A DNA stretch of 64,000 bases from Anolis carolinensis (GCF_035594765.1 NW_026943822.1:14407769-14471768), one strand, 5' to 3'; shown: positions 39,010 through 53,695, numbered from the stretch's first letter. Made by a program: numbers and translations. The notes: generated from the sequence alone by a model not told the origin.

Positions 39010-40228
39010 TTATTTGTTTGACCAGTCATATGACCATTTCAAAGTGCAACATAAATAAAAACAAGGCAAAAAGGATGGGAGGACAGGCAGCTGACCATCT
39101 GTTTGCCGACAAAATCTTATTTTCATAGCATTAATGTGTAATGAACTACTTTTTCTGTCAAATTTGTTGTATAACATGATGTTTTGGTGCTTAATTTGTA
39201 AAATCATAACCTATTTTGATGTTTAATAGGGTTTTTCTTAATATCTCCTTATTATCCAACATATTCACTTATCCAACATTCTGCCAACCCGTTTATGTTG
39301 GATAAGTGAGACTCTACTGTATTGGGTTGCTGTGAGTTTTCTGGGCTGTCTGGCCATGTTCCAGAAGCATTCTCTCCTGATGTTTTGCCCACATCTATGG
39401 CAGGCATCCTCAAAGGTTGTGAGGCCTGTTGGGAACTAAGCAAGTGGGGTTTATATATCTGTGGAATAATGTCCAGGGTGGGGAAAAATAACTCTTGTCT
39501 GTTGGAGGCAAGTGTGAATGTTGCAATTGGTCACCTTGATTAGTATTGAATGGCCTTGCAGTTTCAAAGCTTGGCTGCTTCCTTCCTGGGAGAATCCTTT
39601 GTTGAGAGGTGTTATCTGAATCTGATTGTTTCCTGTCTGGAATTCCCATTTTCTGAATATTGTTCTTCATCCAACAATCAAAGCATCCCTGACAGATGGC
39701 CATCCTGTTATCTCTTGCCTCAAGCTAAAAGGTCAAACACCTTTTGTGCAGGGATTTTAGTAAATCACAGTAAATTCCAGTAAAAATCTCAATCACCTTC
39801 TGCTATAAATATATGAAATATAGGACATAAAGCCTTGATTTTTGAACTATCTTTTACAAAGTCCTGGGGGGGGGGGGGGGGGTCACCTCGATCACAATCC
39901 AGCCTCTGTTTAAAAGCCTCCAAGGAAGAAGCATCCACCAGACTCCAAGACAAAGAGTAGTGATGGGCATTGCAGTCCACCCACATCGGGAGAGTCATGT
40001 GAATCTGACCCACGATGAATCAGGACCATACTTTGCACCTCCTAACAAAGGATACCCCCAGGCAGGAAGCAGCCAGGCTTTGATGCTGCAAGGCCATTCA
40101 ATGCTAATCAAGTTGGCCAATTTGCAACATTCACACTTGCCTCAGGCAGACAAGAGTTCTCCCACCCTGGACATTTCACAGATATATAAACTTCACTTGC
40201 CTAGTTTCAAACAAACCTCACAACTTCT

Positions 40229-40364
40229 NNNNNNNNNNNNNNNNNNNNNNNNNNNNNNNNNNNNNNNNNNNNNNNNNNNNNNNNNNNNNNNNNNNNNNNN
40301 NNNNNNNNNNNNNNNNNNNNNNNNNNNNNNNNNNNNNNNNNNNNNNNNNNNNNNNNNNNNNNNN
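40229..40364. other. Assembly gap (136 N) inside a Penelope fragment
   Basis: N run. Confidence 1.
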
Positions 40365-41447
40365 CCCATCTCCCCGAAGGGACTCGGGGCGGCTTACATG
40401 GGGCCTAGCCCGATAAGACAATCAATATCAATAGCACGACTATAAAACAATTATACCAGTAAAACATCAATAGCAATAAAACAATCGTTAAAATCAGCAA
40501 AAAGCATACAAAAAACATACAATATTAAAACAGGAGACTAATTCATAAATTCATAGATGTGGGTGAAACCTCAGGAGAGAATGCTTCTGGAACATGGTCG
40601 GAAAACTCACAGCAATCCAGTGATTCCAGCCATGAAAGCCTCCAACAACACTTTGCACACATACCTATCATAGTAAAAAGGTAAAGATTTTCCCCTGACG
40701 TTAAGTCCAGTCATGACCGACTCTGGGGGTTGGTGCTCATCTCCATTTCTAAGCCGAAGAGCCGGCGTTGTCCACAGACACCGCCAAGGTCATGTGGCCG
40801 GCATGACTGCATGGAGCGCCGTTACCTATCATAGCCAACTCAAACTACCTAACTCAGGCAATGCTGAGTACATAAGCTAGTAATTTCCTAAAGGGCAGAG
40901 AGAAAATTACGATTGCATCTTTGCAGTGTGAATGTTTGAATCATCCAGTCACAGCTGATAGAGACACCAGAAACTTGGCTTCGTCAAACACAGGCTGATT
41001 TGTAAGCAGATAAAGTCAGAGGAGTGGATTGTGCGAGAGACAACGGGTAACCTCCCTCCATTGCTGTGCCACATTTCTGTTACAGATGCGGCAAAGAATC
41101 TCGTAGCACAAGACTAACAAGTTTTACTTGGCACCAGCTCCTGTAGACTACACCTGACCACAAAAGTTTATGCTCAAGCACCAAATAATAATATGCATAT
41201 TGAAATGTAATGCTGTTGCTACCTGAGACACTCTCACACATTAAAATCAATGGAAGAATTCAAATACCTGAGACGACTCTCTGTCCCATTTTCTACTGCT
41301 CATGAAACCCATTATATGCTGGTGGTGCCCATTAAGGCCAGTAAGTTTGGGCCACACTTGGTGGAGTATAACTGGGCGTGTTTTGGGATACACGGTGCTC
41401 TCTCAGGAGTTGGGGAATATATTAATAATAATAATAATAATAATAAC

Positions 41448-41636
41448 GACCCAAAATGCAGACTGTGCAAGGAAACCGACAAAACCATGGATCATATCCT
41501 CAGCTGCTGTAAGAAAATCGCACAGACAGACTACAAACAGAGGTACAACCATGTGGCCCTAATGATTCATTGGAACTTATGCCTCAAGTACCACCTCCCA
41601 GCAGTAAAGAACTGGTGGGATCACAAACCTGCAAAA
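41448..41636 (+). mobile_element. R4/Dong fragment including the CCHC zinc knuckle
   Basis: DPKCRLCKETDKTMDHILSCC, flanked by (AAT)n and (ATT)n. Confidence 0.85.
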
Positions 41637-41669
<33 letters not shown>

Positions 41670-41951
41670 TTATTTTTATATCCCGCCACCATCTCCCCTT
41701 GGGGACTCGGGGCGGCTCACATGGGGCAAAGCCCGGCAACACCACTGAAATAAAATGAACAAAAAATACATAGTACACAATTCACAGTATAAAAATAGAA
41801 GATACCAACCCTTTTCATGCAGGAATACACAACTAAAGCCCTCCCAGCGGATGGCCATCCATCTTTGGCTTCAAAACCTCCGGAGAGGCTCTTGCAGTGT
41901 TAGATAATAGACATCAACATTAGGTTGAGGAACTATTGGATCAGCATGGAA

Positions 41952-41953
<2 letters not shown>

Positions 41954-42012
<59 letters not shown>

Positions 42013-42017
42013 GATAG
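41954..42017. repeat. (GATA)n microsatellite at the CR1 tail
   Basis: About 15 copies. Confidence 0.95.
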
Positions 42018-43308
42018 AATCGTAGAGTTGGAAGAGACCTCACGGGCCATCCAGTCCTGCCAAGAAGCAGGAAAATCTCATTCAAAACACCCCCGACAGA
42101 TGGCCATCCAGCCTCTGCTTAAAAGCCTCCAAAGGAGGAGCCTCCACCACAGTCTGGGGCAGAGAGTTCCACTGCTGAACAGCCCTCACTGTGAGGAAGT
42201 TCTTCCTGATGTTCAGGTGGAATCTCCTTTCCTGTAGTTTGAAGCCATTGTTCCGCATCCTAGTCTGCAGGGCAGCAGAAAACAAGCTTGCTCCCTCCTG
42301 CCTATGACTTCCCCTCACGTATTTGTACATGGCTATCATGTCTCCTCTCAGCCTTCTCTTCTGCAGGCTAAACATGCCCAGTTCTTTAAGCCGCTCCTCA
42401 TAGGGCTTGTTCTCCAGACCCTTGATCATTTTAGTTGCCCTCCTCTGGACGCTTTCGAGCTTGTCAATATCTCCCTTCAACTGCGGTGCCCAAAATTGGA
42501 CACAGTGTGATTCCAGGTGTGGTCTGACCAAGGCAGAATAGAGGGGGAGCAGGACTTCCCTGGATTTAGCCTCTATACTCGTATTTATGCAAGCCAAAAT
42601 CCCATTGGCTTTTTTCGCTGCCGCATCACATTGTAGGCTCATGTTTAACTTGTTGTCCATGAGGACTCCAAGGTCTTTTTCACACGTACTGCTGTCAAGC
42701 CAGGCATTCTGTATCTTTGATTTCCATTTTTTCTGCCGAAGTGGAGTGTCTTGCATTTGTCCCCATTGAACTTCATTTTGTGAGTTTCGGCCCATCTCTC
42801 TAGTCTGTCAAGATCGTTTTGAATTCTGCTCCTGTCTTCTGGAGTGTTGGCTCTCCCTCCCAGTTTGGTGTCGTCTGCAAACTTGATGATCGTGCCTTCT
42901 AACCCTTCGTCTAAGTCGTTAATAAAGATGTCGAACAGAACCGGGCCCAGGACGGAGCCCTGCGGCACTCCACTCGTGACTTCTTTCCATGATGAAGATG
43001 ACGCATTGGTGAGACCCTTTGGGTTTGTTCGCTTAGCCAATTTCAGATCCATCTAACCGTAGTTTTGTCTAGCCCACATTTGACTAACTTGTTTGCCAGA
43101 AGGTCGTGGGGGACTTTGTCGAAGGCTTTACGGAAATCCAAATACGCTACATCCACGGCATTCCCCGCATCTACCCAACTTGTAACATTATTTTAAAAAA
43201 GAGATCAGATTAGTCTGGCATGACATGTTTTTGGTAAATCCGTGTTGACTATTAGCAATGACCGCATTTGTTTGATTGCAGACCACTTCTTTAACGATTT
43301 TTTCCAAG
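42015..43308 (-). mobile_element. CR1 LINE, 5'-truncated (about 1.3 kb), RT domain with frameshifts
   Basis: [27 protein letters not shown] and [11 protein letters not shown] motifs, ATTCT-type tail. Confidence 0.93.
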
Positions 43309-44879
43309 ACTCGAGACTTATTAGTTTCATGCAGATAAATCAAATGTTATTGGTGTGTGTGTTGGATGGTAACCGTGTAGCATTTGGGAAGTCAATTTAA
43401 AACAGATGGACTAAGCAACAGGAAGGATGAGCCAGGCACATACCAGATGGACATGAACACATGCAAAGACTTGGGTGAAGGTTAGCTTTCTAACGGGGAA
43501 CAAAAAGCACTCTGGTTTGTCATAAACGGATATTTCTAGTCTTCCACTCTTTTTCTTACAATCAGTATTGTGCAGTGACAAGCACAATGTAAGCATGTCA
43601 TAGTGATTCAGGCTGTTTTGTGCTTGTTTATTAATGGCTTGCTTTGCGGGGTGTTGTTTGGGTTTGTTTACATGAGAAGCAACATGTACAGTGAGTCAGT
43701 TCTCCTAATTCATCAGAGTTAGGGGCTTTCTAGCTCAGGCATGGGCAAACTTGGGCCCTCCAGGTGTTTTGGACTGCAACTCCCACAATTCCTAACAGCC
43801 GATAGGCTGTTAGGAATTGTGGGAGTTGTAGTCCAAAACACTTGGAGGGCCCAAGTTTGCCCATGCCTGTTTTAACAGAAAATGGGATTCATCCTCTACA
43901 TAGAAGCCATCAAGCAAACCGTCAAATCGCATACCGAGTCCTAGGTGTTATATCTTCATACAGTAATTTTCCAAACTTTACATTTTACGCAAAGACGCAT
44001 AGAAGAAGATGTCCTTTCGGAGTTGATTTTGAACTGTCTCCGGCTGCTTTGAAATATAGCCCCGCTTTTATTAGCCGAGCTCGGATTATGAATCTCTCAT
44101 GCCACAGAAGAGATGAATATTTTAAACAGATGTCTGCAATTACTTTAAGCCACGGGGATTTGAATTACAGATGGTGACAAGAGACGGAGATTTCAAAACG
44201 CCCAAGCTACATGCAAATTGATATGTGAGAAAAAATGTATATATATATTGCCAAGCAAAACGGTTTAATTAGGCTGAAAATTATGCTGGTTTCCGCCTAG
44301 CTGCATTGCATTGCCTTTCCTTGTATACTTTCCATTCCTTTCCCAGACAGACATCTCTGTCATCGGGAACTGATGGAATGTACTTCTGGGTTTGACATGC
44401 GTGGGATTCTGGAGGTTTTAAAATATATTTTGATGTTTTAATATTTGTATCTTTAAGGACATTATAAGTGTACTTATTTGTAATCATCAGGCTCATATTT
44501 TAATGTGGTTTTAAATATATGGTGACATATTTACTGTTAGCCGCCTTGAGTGCCTATATGAGGTGAAAGTCAGGATAACAATAAAGTAAATGGGTTGCGG
44601 TGAGTTTTCCAGACTGTATAACCATGCTCCAGAAGCATTCTCTCCTGACGTTTCACCCACATCTAGGGCAGGCATCCTCAGAGGTTGTGAGGTTTGTTGG
44701 AAACTAGGCAAGTGAGATTTATATACAGTAGAGTCTCACTTATCCAAGCCTCGCTTATCCAAGCCTCTGGATAATCCAAGCCATTTTTGTAGTCAATGTT
44801 TTCAATATATTGTGATATTTTGGTGTTAAAGTCATACTCTGGGGGTTGGTACTCATCTCTATTTCTAAGCTGAAGAGCC

Positions 44880-45234
44880 GGATTATATGGCAGTGTAGAC
44901 TCAAGGCCCTTCCACACAGCTATATAACCCATTTATAATCAGTGCAAATTAGATCATCTGTGGAAGAGGCCTGAGGCCTAAATCTGCCTGTCCCCTGGGC
45001 TGAGTTGGTTGCTAGGAGACCAAGTGGGCAGAGATTAGTCCTCTAACTGGCAGCAATTGCATAAAAACAATTATTCCTATCCCTCTAATTAGGACTTTAT
45101 TTTTCTTCTCTTTTTGTTGTATCAACCTAGAGGCATGGATGATGGGTTGTGTTGTCAAATTTCGAGGTTGGGGGGCCTGTAATTTTGTTGTTTTGTTGGT
45201 TGCCGTGATGCCATCACTCATTTATATATATAGA
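44880..45234 (-). mobile_element. Helitron 5' portion related to 21-354
   Basis: About 240 bp similar to 113-354, including the TCTATATATATA terminus. Left boundary uncertain. Confidence 0.65.
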
Positions 45235-46937
45235 TATATACCGTAGAGTCTCACTTATCCAACATAAACGGGCCGGCATAATGAATTGATGAGTTTGAAC
45301 AAACATAGTACCCAATCTAAGTAGAGAGTTCTTTATCCCACAGATACAGTAGAGTCTCACTTATCCAAGCTAAACGGGCCAGCAGAAGCTTGGATAAGCG
45401 AATATCTTGGATAATAAGGAGGGATTAAGGAAAAGCCTATTAAACATCAAATTAGGTTATGATTTTAGAAATTAAGCACCAAAACATCATGTTATACAAC
45501 AAGTTTGACAGAAAAAGTAGTTCAATACACAGTAATGTTATGTTGTAATTACTGTATTTATGAATTTAGTACAAAAATATCACGATATATTGAAAACATT
45601 GACTACAAAAATGGCTTGGACAATCCAGAAGCTTGGATAAGCGAGGCTTGGATAAGTGAGACTCTACTGTATCTGTGGGATAAAGAACTCTTGTCTGTTG
45701 GAGGCAAGTATGAATGTTGCAATGGATCATCTTGATTAGCATTGAATGGCCTCGTAGCTTCAAAGCTTGGCTGCTTCCTCCCTGGGGGAATCCTTTGTTG
45801 GGAGGTGATTAACCGGCCCAGATTGTTTCTTGGCTGAAATTCCCCTGTTTTTGTGTTTTGTTCTTTATTTACTGTCCTGATTTTAGCTAATCACCTTCCA
45901 ACAAAGCCAGGAAGCAGCCAGGCTTTGAAGCTGCAATGCTAATTAAGCTGGCCAATTGCAACATTTACACTTATCTAAATCAGACAAGAGGTTTTTTTCC
46001 CACCCTGGATATATAAGCCCCGCTTGCCTAGTTTCCAACAGACCTCACAACCTCTGTGCATGCCTGCCATAGATGTGGGCGAAACGTCAGGAAAGAGTGC
46101 TTCTCGAACATGGCCATACAACTCTGGAAATTCACAGAAACCCAGTGATTCCAGCCATGAAAGCCTTCGACAACACAATGAAGTAAACAATCAATAGATA
46201 ATTAATCATTAATAATTATTAACGGCACTCCATGCGGTCACCTCCATGACCTTGGAGGTGTCTACGGACAACGCCGGCTCTTCAGCTTAGAAATGGAGAT
46301 GAGCACCAACCCTTAGAGTCAGACATGACTGGACTTAACATCAGGGGAAACCTTTATCTTTTAATCACAGTAGAGTCTCACTTATCCAACACTTGTTTAT
46401 CCAACGTTCTGGATTATCCAACGCATTTTTGTAGTCAATGTTTTCAATACATCGTGATATTTTGGTGCTAAAATCGTAAATACAGTAATTACTACATAGC
46501 ATTACTGCATATTGCACTACTTTTTCTGTCAAATTTGTTGTATAACATGATGTTTTGGTGCTTAATTTGTAAAATCATAACCTAATTTGATGTTTGATAG
46601 GCTTTTCCTTAATCCCTCCTTATTATCCAACATATTCGCTTATCCAACATTCTGCCGCCCCGTTTATGTTGGATAAGTGAGACTCTACTGTATTAATAAA
46701 ATAAACACACCAAACTGAGATTTACCTGGGAGAAAGTCCCATGGAACACAACAGGACTCAGTCTTGAATAGACATGAATTGGAACACGGATGGGAATGCT
46801 GTGATTTGCCTGATGTTGATAGACTACAGCTTCCAGCATTCCTTACTACTGGCTGCTAAAACAAGTCCCATCTCTGCATAGGATTGCAAGTTTCCTGTTG
46901 GAAGGAAGCTCTTGAAAAACTGTTCAATTGAGTCCTA

Positions 46938-47120
46938 CCCTGTTTCCCCTAAAATAAGACATCCCCAGAAAATAAGACCTAGTAGAGGTTTTGCTGAATT
47001 GCTAAATATAAGGCCTCCCCTGAAAGTAAGACCTAGTAAAGTTTTTGTTTGGAAGCATGCAGGATCGGTAAATGTACATGCCATAGATTGTTGTACGTGT
47101 AAATAAAGGTAGTAACAAGA

Positions 47121-47151
<31 letters not shown>

Positions 47152-48188
47152 TACAGTAGAGTCTCGCTTATCCAACGTAAACAGGCCGGCAGAATGTTAG
47201 ATAAGCGAATATGTTGGATAATAAGGAGAGATTAAGGAAAAGCCTATTAAACATCAAATTAAGTTATGATTTTACAAATTAAGCACCAAAACATCATGGT
47301 ATACAACAAATTTGACAGAAGAAGTAGTTCAATACACAGTAATGCTGTGTAGTAACTACTGTACAGTAGAGTCTCCTTATCCAAGCTAAACGGGCCGGCA
47401 GAAGCTTGGATAAGTGAATAGCTTGGATTATAAGGACTGATCAAGGAAAAGTCTATTAAACATCAAATTAGGTTATGATTTTACAAATTAAGCACCAAAA
47501 CTTCATGTTATACAACAAATTTGACAGAAAAAGTAGTTCAATACGCAGTAATATTATGTTGTAATTACTGTATTAACGAATTTAGCACCAATATATCATG
47601 ATATATTGGAAACATTGACTACAAAAATGGCTTGGATTATCCAGAGGCTTGGATAAGCGAGGCTTGGATAAGTGAGACTCTACTGTATTTACAAATTTAG
47701 CACCAAGATACCACGATGTATTGAAAATATTGACTACAAAAATGTGTTGGATAATCCAGAATGTTGGATAAGCGAGTGTTGGATAAGTGAGACTCTACTG
47801 TAACAAGAAATAATAAAAATAATATAATAATAACTTTATTCTTGTATCCCACCTCCATCTCCCAGAAGGGACTCAGGGCAGCTTACACAGGGACAAGCCC
47901 AACAACAACATAAATTTACATACAAACAGAAATTTAAAACAGTAATTTTAAAACAGTAGAGCAATACAATATAATATAGAAATTCTTGAAAGGATTCACA
48001 GTTTGGTTATGCTATTTTGTGATGACAACTACTGTACAGTAGATAATACATTTTCATTTTTAAAAATTCAACCATAAATGTGAATTCGTCTTTATGGAAA
48101 AATAAGACATCCCCTGAAAATAAGACCTAGCGCATCTTTGGGAGCAAAAATTAATATAAGACACTGTCTTATTTTCGGGGAAACAGGG
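46938..48188. mobile_element. Tc2/pogo-like MITE containing self-nested MITEs (47154-47800 containing 47364-47685)
   Basis: TIR CCCTGTTTCCCC.AAAATAAGAC with TA flanks. Confidence 0.85.
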
Positions 48189-48739
48189 TATACCACTGCT
48201 ATGGGCAAATATGGCTTGATGATCATGGCCTTTAAATCTCCTTCAAGCAGGCTGAATGGCAATTATTTAAAATCTCTGGAAGATATATTAGACTCTTGAT
48301 GGTCTAACAAGCTCTCACTAGAAAATAAAATCTCATGGACCACATTTGTTTCAAATGTCAGAGCGGCGCATCTGCTTATCTTGGAAGGCTTTTCAAAATG
48401 TGCACTCGACATTTCTGAAAGCCTGTCTCGGCATTACAGTAAATGCTCGAAGTGTCTTAGCATGAAGCACAACGGGACAGATGTAATTCCATCTCGGGGC
48501 TCCGGTGACATTAAGCGGCCGGAGCTCCTCTGCGATATCGCTACCTGGGTGGAATTTCAACCTGGTTCTGCACAGTCGGCAGATTCTTGTAGCATGGAAG
48601 TGACCTTTAAAAAAATACAGTCAATCCTCTGATTCACTGGGGTGAGGGGCATAGGACCCCAATGAAAGTGGGAAAAATATTATTTTTTTCCAGGAATTTC
48701 TACATTTTCCAGAGTGACTCCATGGTGAATTCCAATATA

Positions 48740-50149
48740 CAGTGGAGTCTCACTTATCCAACATTCGCTTCTGGATTATCCAATGCATTTTTGTAGTCAA
48801 TGTTTTCAATACATCGTGATATTTTGGTGCTAAATTCGTAAATATAGTAATCAATGTGCATTACTGCACATTGAACTACAGTAGAGTCTCACTTATCCAA
48901 CGTTCTGAATTATCCAACGCATTTTTGTAGTCAATGTTTTCAATATATCGTGATATTTTGGTGCTAAATTCGTAAATACAGTAATTACTACATAGCATTA
49001 CTGCATATTGAAGTACAGTAGAGTCTCACTTATCCAACATTCGCTTATCCAACGTTCTGAATTATCCAATGCATTTTTGTAGTCAATGTTTTCAATACAT
49101 CATGATATTTTGGTGCAAACTTTGTAAATACAGTAATTACTACATAGCATTACTGCATATTGAACTACAGTAGAGTCTCACTTCTCCAACACTCGCTTAT
49201 CCAACATTCTGGATTATCCAACGCATTTTTGTAGTCAATGTTTTCAATATATCATGATATTTTGGTGCTAAATTCGTAAATACAGTAATTACTACATAGC
49301 ATTACTGCATATTGAAGTACAGTAGAGTCTCACTTATCCAACATTCGCTTATCCAACGTTCTGAATTATCCAATGTATTTTTGTAGTCAATGTTTTCAAT
49401 ACATCATGATATTTTGGTGCTAACTTTGTAAATACAGTAACTACTACATAGCAGTACTGCATATTGAACTACAGTAGAGTCTCACTTATCCAACACTTGC
49501 TTATCCAACATTCTGGATTATCCAACGCATTTTTGTAGTCAATGTTTTCAATATATCATGATATTTTGGTGCTAAATTCGTAAATACAGTAATTACTACA
49601 TAGCATTAATGTGTAACGAACTACCTTTTCTGTCAAATTTGTCGTATAACATGATGTGTTGGTGCTTAATTTGTAAAATTATAACCTATTTTGATGTTTA
49701 ATAGGGTTTTTCTTAATCTCTCCTTATTATCCAACATATTCACTTATCCAACATTCTGCCGGCCCGTTTATGTTGGATAAGTGAGACTCTACTGTAATTA
49801 CTACATAGCATTACTGCATATTGAACTACAGTAGAGTCTCACTTATCCAACACTTGCTTATCCAACGTTCTGAATTATCCAATGCATATTTGTAGTCAAT
49901 GTTTTCAATACATTGTGATATTTTGGTGCTAACTTTGTAAATACAGTAATTACTACATAGCATTACTGCATTTTGAACTACTTTTTCTGTCAAATTTTTT
50001 GTATAACATGATGTTTTGGTGCTTAATTTGTAAAATCATAACCTAATTTGATGTGCAATAGGCTTTTCCTTAATCCCTCCTTATTATCCAACATATTCGC
50101 TTATCCAACATTCTGCCGGCCCGTTTATGTTGGATAAGTGAGACTACTG
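48740..50149. repeat. Tandem/nested array of TA-MITE left halves (152-bp period) plus two complete copies
   Basis: TIR starts at 48740, 48879, 49016, 49168, 49320, 49472 and 49829. Confidence 0.9.
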
Positions 50150-50849
50150 TAATTGCATTGGTGGACCTAGAGATTTCTAAAGAGGTGTTCATTCTAGGAA
50201 TTTCTATATTTTCAAGCATGACTGTTATGTTCAACTACCATAGAGTTGCACTAGAAGAACTAGAGCCAGCCCAGGAGCCAATTGCAGCCCATGCCCACAT
50301 TTCCACTGGCCGGCAATCTCTGACATAAAAATCAACAATATGTGGCCTGCCAGCACTGTTGACCACAGTATACAATCCACGTGTACAAAAAAAGCTATTT
50401 TATATGTTGTCGAAGGCTTTAATGGCTGGAATCACTGGGTTGCTGATAGTTTTCCAGGTTGCATGGCCATGTTCCAGAAGCACCCGTCAATTAAAAAATA
50501 AAAAATAGCCCCTGCTCGTTGCTGACCTAGCGACCCGAAAGATAGTTGCATCTATCAAGTAGGAAATAAGGTACCACTTATAAAGTGGGGAGGCAAATTT
50601 AACTAATTTACGACGTTGGAATGAGGAAGTGCCGTCACAGTGGATAATGAAGCAGCTGCTCCCCCCTGTGGTCGGAATCAAACATCTCCTCAGGAGAAGG
50701 TTAAATTGCCTCTGCGTCTGTCTCTGTCTCGGTTCTATGTGTATATGGGCATTGAATGTTTGCCCTTTATGTGTATAATGTGATCCGCCCTGAGTTCCCT
50801 TCGGAGTGAGAAGGGCGGAATATAAATACTGTAAATAAATAAATAAATG

Positions 50850-53695
50850 TAAAGGGTGCATGGCATGCAATTGGGGCGATGCAAAACATATTCAGAATAA
50901 GATGTGAAGGGTGCATGCAATTGGGAGGAATGCAAAACATATATTGAGAATGATAAGAATTGAAGTGTGCATGCAATTGGGGAATGCAAAACATATATTG
51001 AGAATGCAAAACATATTTTGAGAATAAATATATTGAGAATGATAAGAATTGAAGTGTGCATGCAATTGGGAGAATGCAAAACATATTGAGAATGCAAAAC
51101 ATATTTTGAGAATAAATATATTGAGAATGATAAGAATTGAAGTGTGCATGCAATTGGGAGAATGCAAAACATATATTGAGAATGCAAAACAAACAAATAA
51201 ATATATTGAGAATAAGAATTGAAGTGTGCATGCAATTGAGGGAATGCAAAACATATATTGAGAATGCAAAACATATATTGAGAATAAATATATTGAGAAT
51301 GATAAGAATTGAAGTGTGCATGCAATTGGGGAATGCAAAACATATATTGAGAATGCAAAACAAACAAATATATTGAGAATGATAAGAATTGAAGTGTGCA
51401 TGCAATTGGGGGAATGCAAAGACACAAATTGAGAATGCAAAACAAATAAATAAATATATTGAGAATGATAAGAATTGAAGTGTGCATGCAATTGGGGAAT
51501 GCAAAACATATATTGAGAATGCAAAACATATTTTGAGAATAAATATATTGAGAATGATAAGAATTGAAGTGTGCATGCAATTGGGGAATGCAAAACATAT
51601 TGAGAATGCAAAACAAACAAATAAATATATTGAGAATGATAAGAATTGAAGTGTGCATGCAATTGGGGGAATGCAAAAACATATATTGAGAATGATAAGA
51701 TGTGAAGGGTGCATGGCATGCAATTGGCAGAATGCAAGATATATTCAGAACAATAAGATGTGAAGGGTGCATGCAATTGGCAGAATGCAAGATATATTCA
51801 GAATAATAAGATGTGAAGGGTGCATGCAATTGGCAGAATGCAAGATATATTCAGAACAATAAGATGTGAAGGGTGCATGCAATTGGCAGAATGCAAGATA
51901 TATTCAGAGTGATAAGATGTGAAGGGTGCATGCAATTGGCAGAATGCAAGATATATTCAGAATAATAAGATGTGAAGGGTGCATGCAATTGGCAGAATGC
52001 AAGATATATTCAGAATAATAAGATGTGAAGGGTGCATGCAATTGGCAGAATGCAAGATATATTCAGAACAATAAGATGTGAAGGGTGCATGCAATTGGCA
52101 GAATGCAAGATATATTCAGAGTGATAAGATGTGAAGGGTGCATGCAATTGGCAGAATGCAAGATATATTCAGAATAATAAGATGTGAAGGGTGCATGCAA
52201 TTGGCAGAATGCAAGATATATTCAGAATAATAAGATGTGAAGGGTGCATGCAATTGGCAGAATGCAAGATATATTCAGAATAATAAGATGTGAAGGGTGC
52301 ATGCAATTGGCAGAATGCAAGATATATTCAGAGTGATAAGATGTGAAGGGTGCATGCAATTGGCAGAATGCAAGATATATTCAGAGTGATAAGATGTGAA
52401 GGGTGCATGCAATTGGCAGAATGCAAGATATATTCAGAATAATAAGATGTGAAGGGTGCATGCAATTGGCAGAATGCAAGATATATTCAGAATAATAAGA
52501 TGTGAAGGGTGCATGCAATTGGCAGAATGCAAGATATATTCAGAACAATAAGATGTGAAGGGTGCATGCAATTGGCAGAATGCAAGATATATTCAGAGTG
52601 ATAAGATGTGAAGGGTGCATGCAATTGGCAGAATGCAAGATATATTCAGAATAATAAGATGTGAAGGGTGCATGCAATTGGCAGAATGCAAGATATATTC
52701 AGAATAATAAGATGTGAAGGGTGCATGCAATTGGCAGAATGCAAGATATATTCAGAACAATAAGATGTGAAGGGTGCATGCAATTGGCAGAATGCAAGAT
52801 ATATTCAGAATAATAAGATGTGAAGGGTGCATGCAATTGGCAGAATGCAAGATATATTCAGAATAATAAGATGTGAAGGGTGCATGCAATTGGCAGAATG
52901 CAAGATATATTCAGAGTGATAAGATGTGAAGGGTGCATGCAATTGGCAGAATGCAAGATATATTCAGAATAATAAGATGTGAAGGGTGCATGCAATTGGC
53001 AGAATGCAAGATATATTCAGAATAATAAGATGTGAAGGGTGCATGCAATTGGCAGAATGCAAGATATATTCAGAATAATAAGATGTGAAGGGTGCATGCA
53101 ATTGGCAGAATGCAAGATATATTCAGAATAATAAGATGTGAAGGGTGCATGCAATTGGCAGAATGCAAGATATATTCAGAATAATAAGATGTGAAGGGTG
53201 CATGCAATTGGCAGAATGCAAGATATATTCAGAATAATAAGATGTGAAGGGTGCATGCAACTGGGGGGAATGCAAGATATATTCAGAGTGATAAGATGTG
53301 AAGGGTGCATGCAATTGGCAGAATGCAAGATATATTCAGAATAATAAGATGTGAAGGGTGCATGCAATTGGCAGAATGCAAGATATATTCAGAATAATAA
53401 GATGTGAAGGGTGCATGCAATTGGCAGAATGCAAGATATATTCAGAATAATAAGATGTGAAGGGTGCATGCAACTGGGGGGAATGCAAGATATATTCAGA
53501 GTGATAAGATGTGAAGGGTGCATGCAATTGGCAGAATGCAAGATATATTCAGAATAATAAGATGTGAAGGGTGCATGCAATTGGCAGAATGCAAGATATA
53601 TTCAGAATAATAAGATGTGAAGGGTGCATGCAACTGGGGGGAATGCAAGATATATTCAGAGTGATAAGATGTGAAGGGTGCATGCAATTGGGGGA
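50850..53695. repeat. 53-bp satellite/VNTR (about 37 homogeneous units from about 51716, degenerate longer units before)
   Basis: Unit GAATAATAAGATGTGAAGGGTGCATGCAATTGGCAGAATGCAAGATATATTCA. Confidence 0.97.

Noticed and set aside
39960-40445. ORFs spanning the N run
   Set aside because: Artefacts of the assembly gap.
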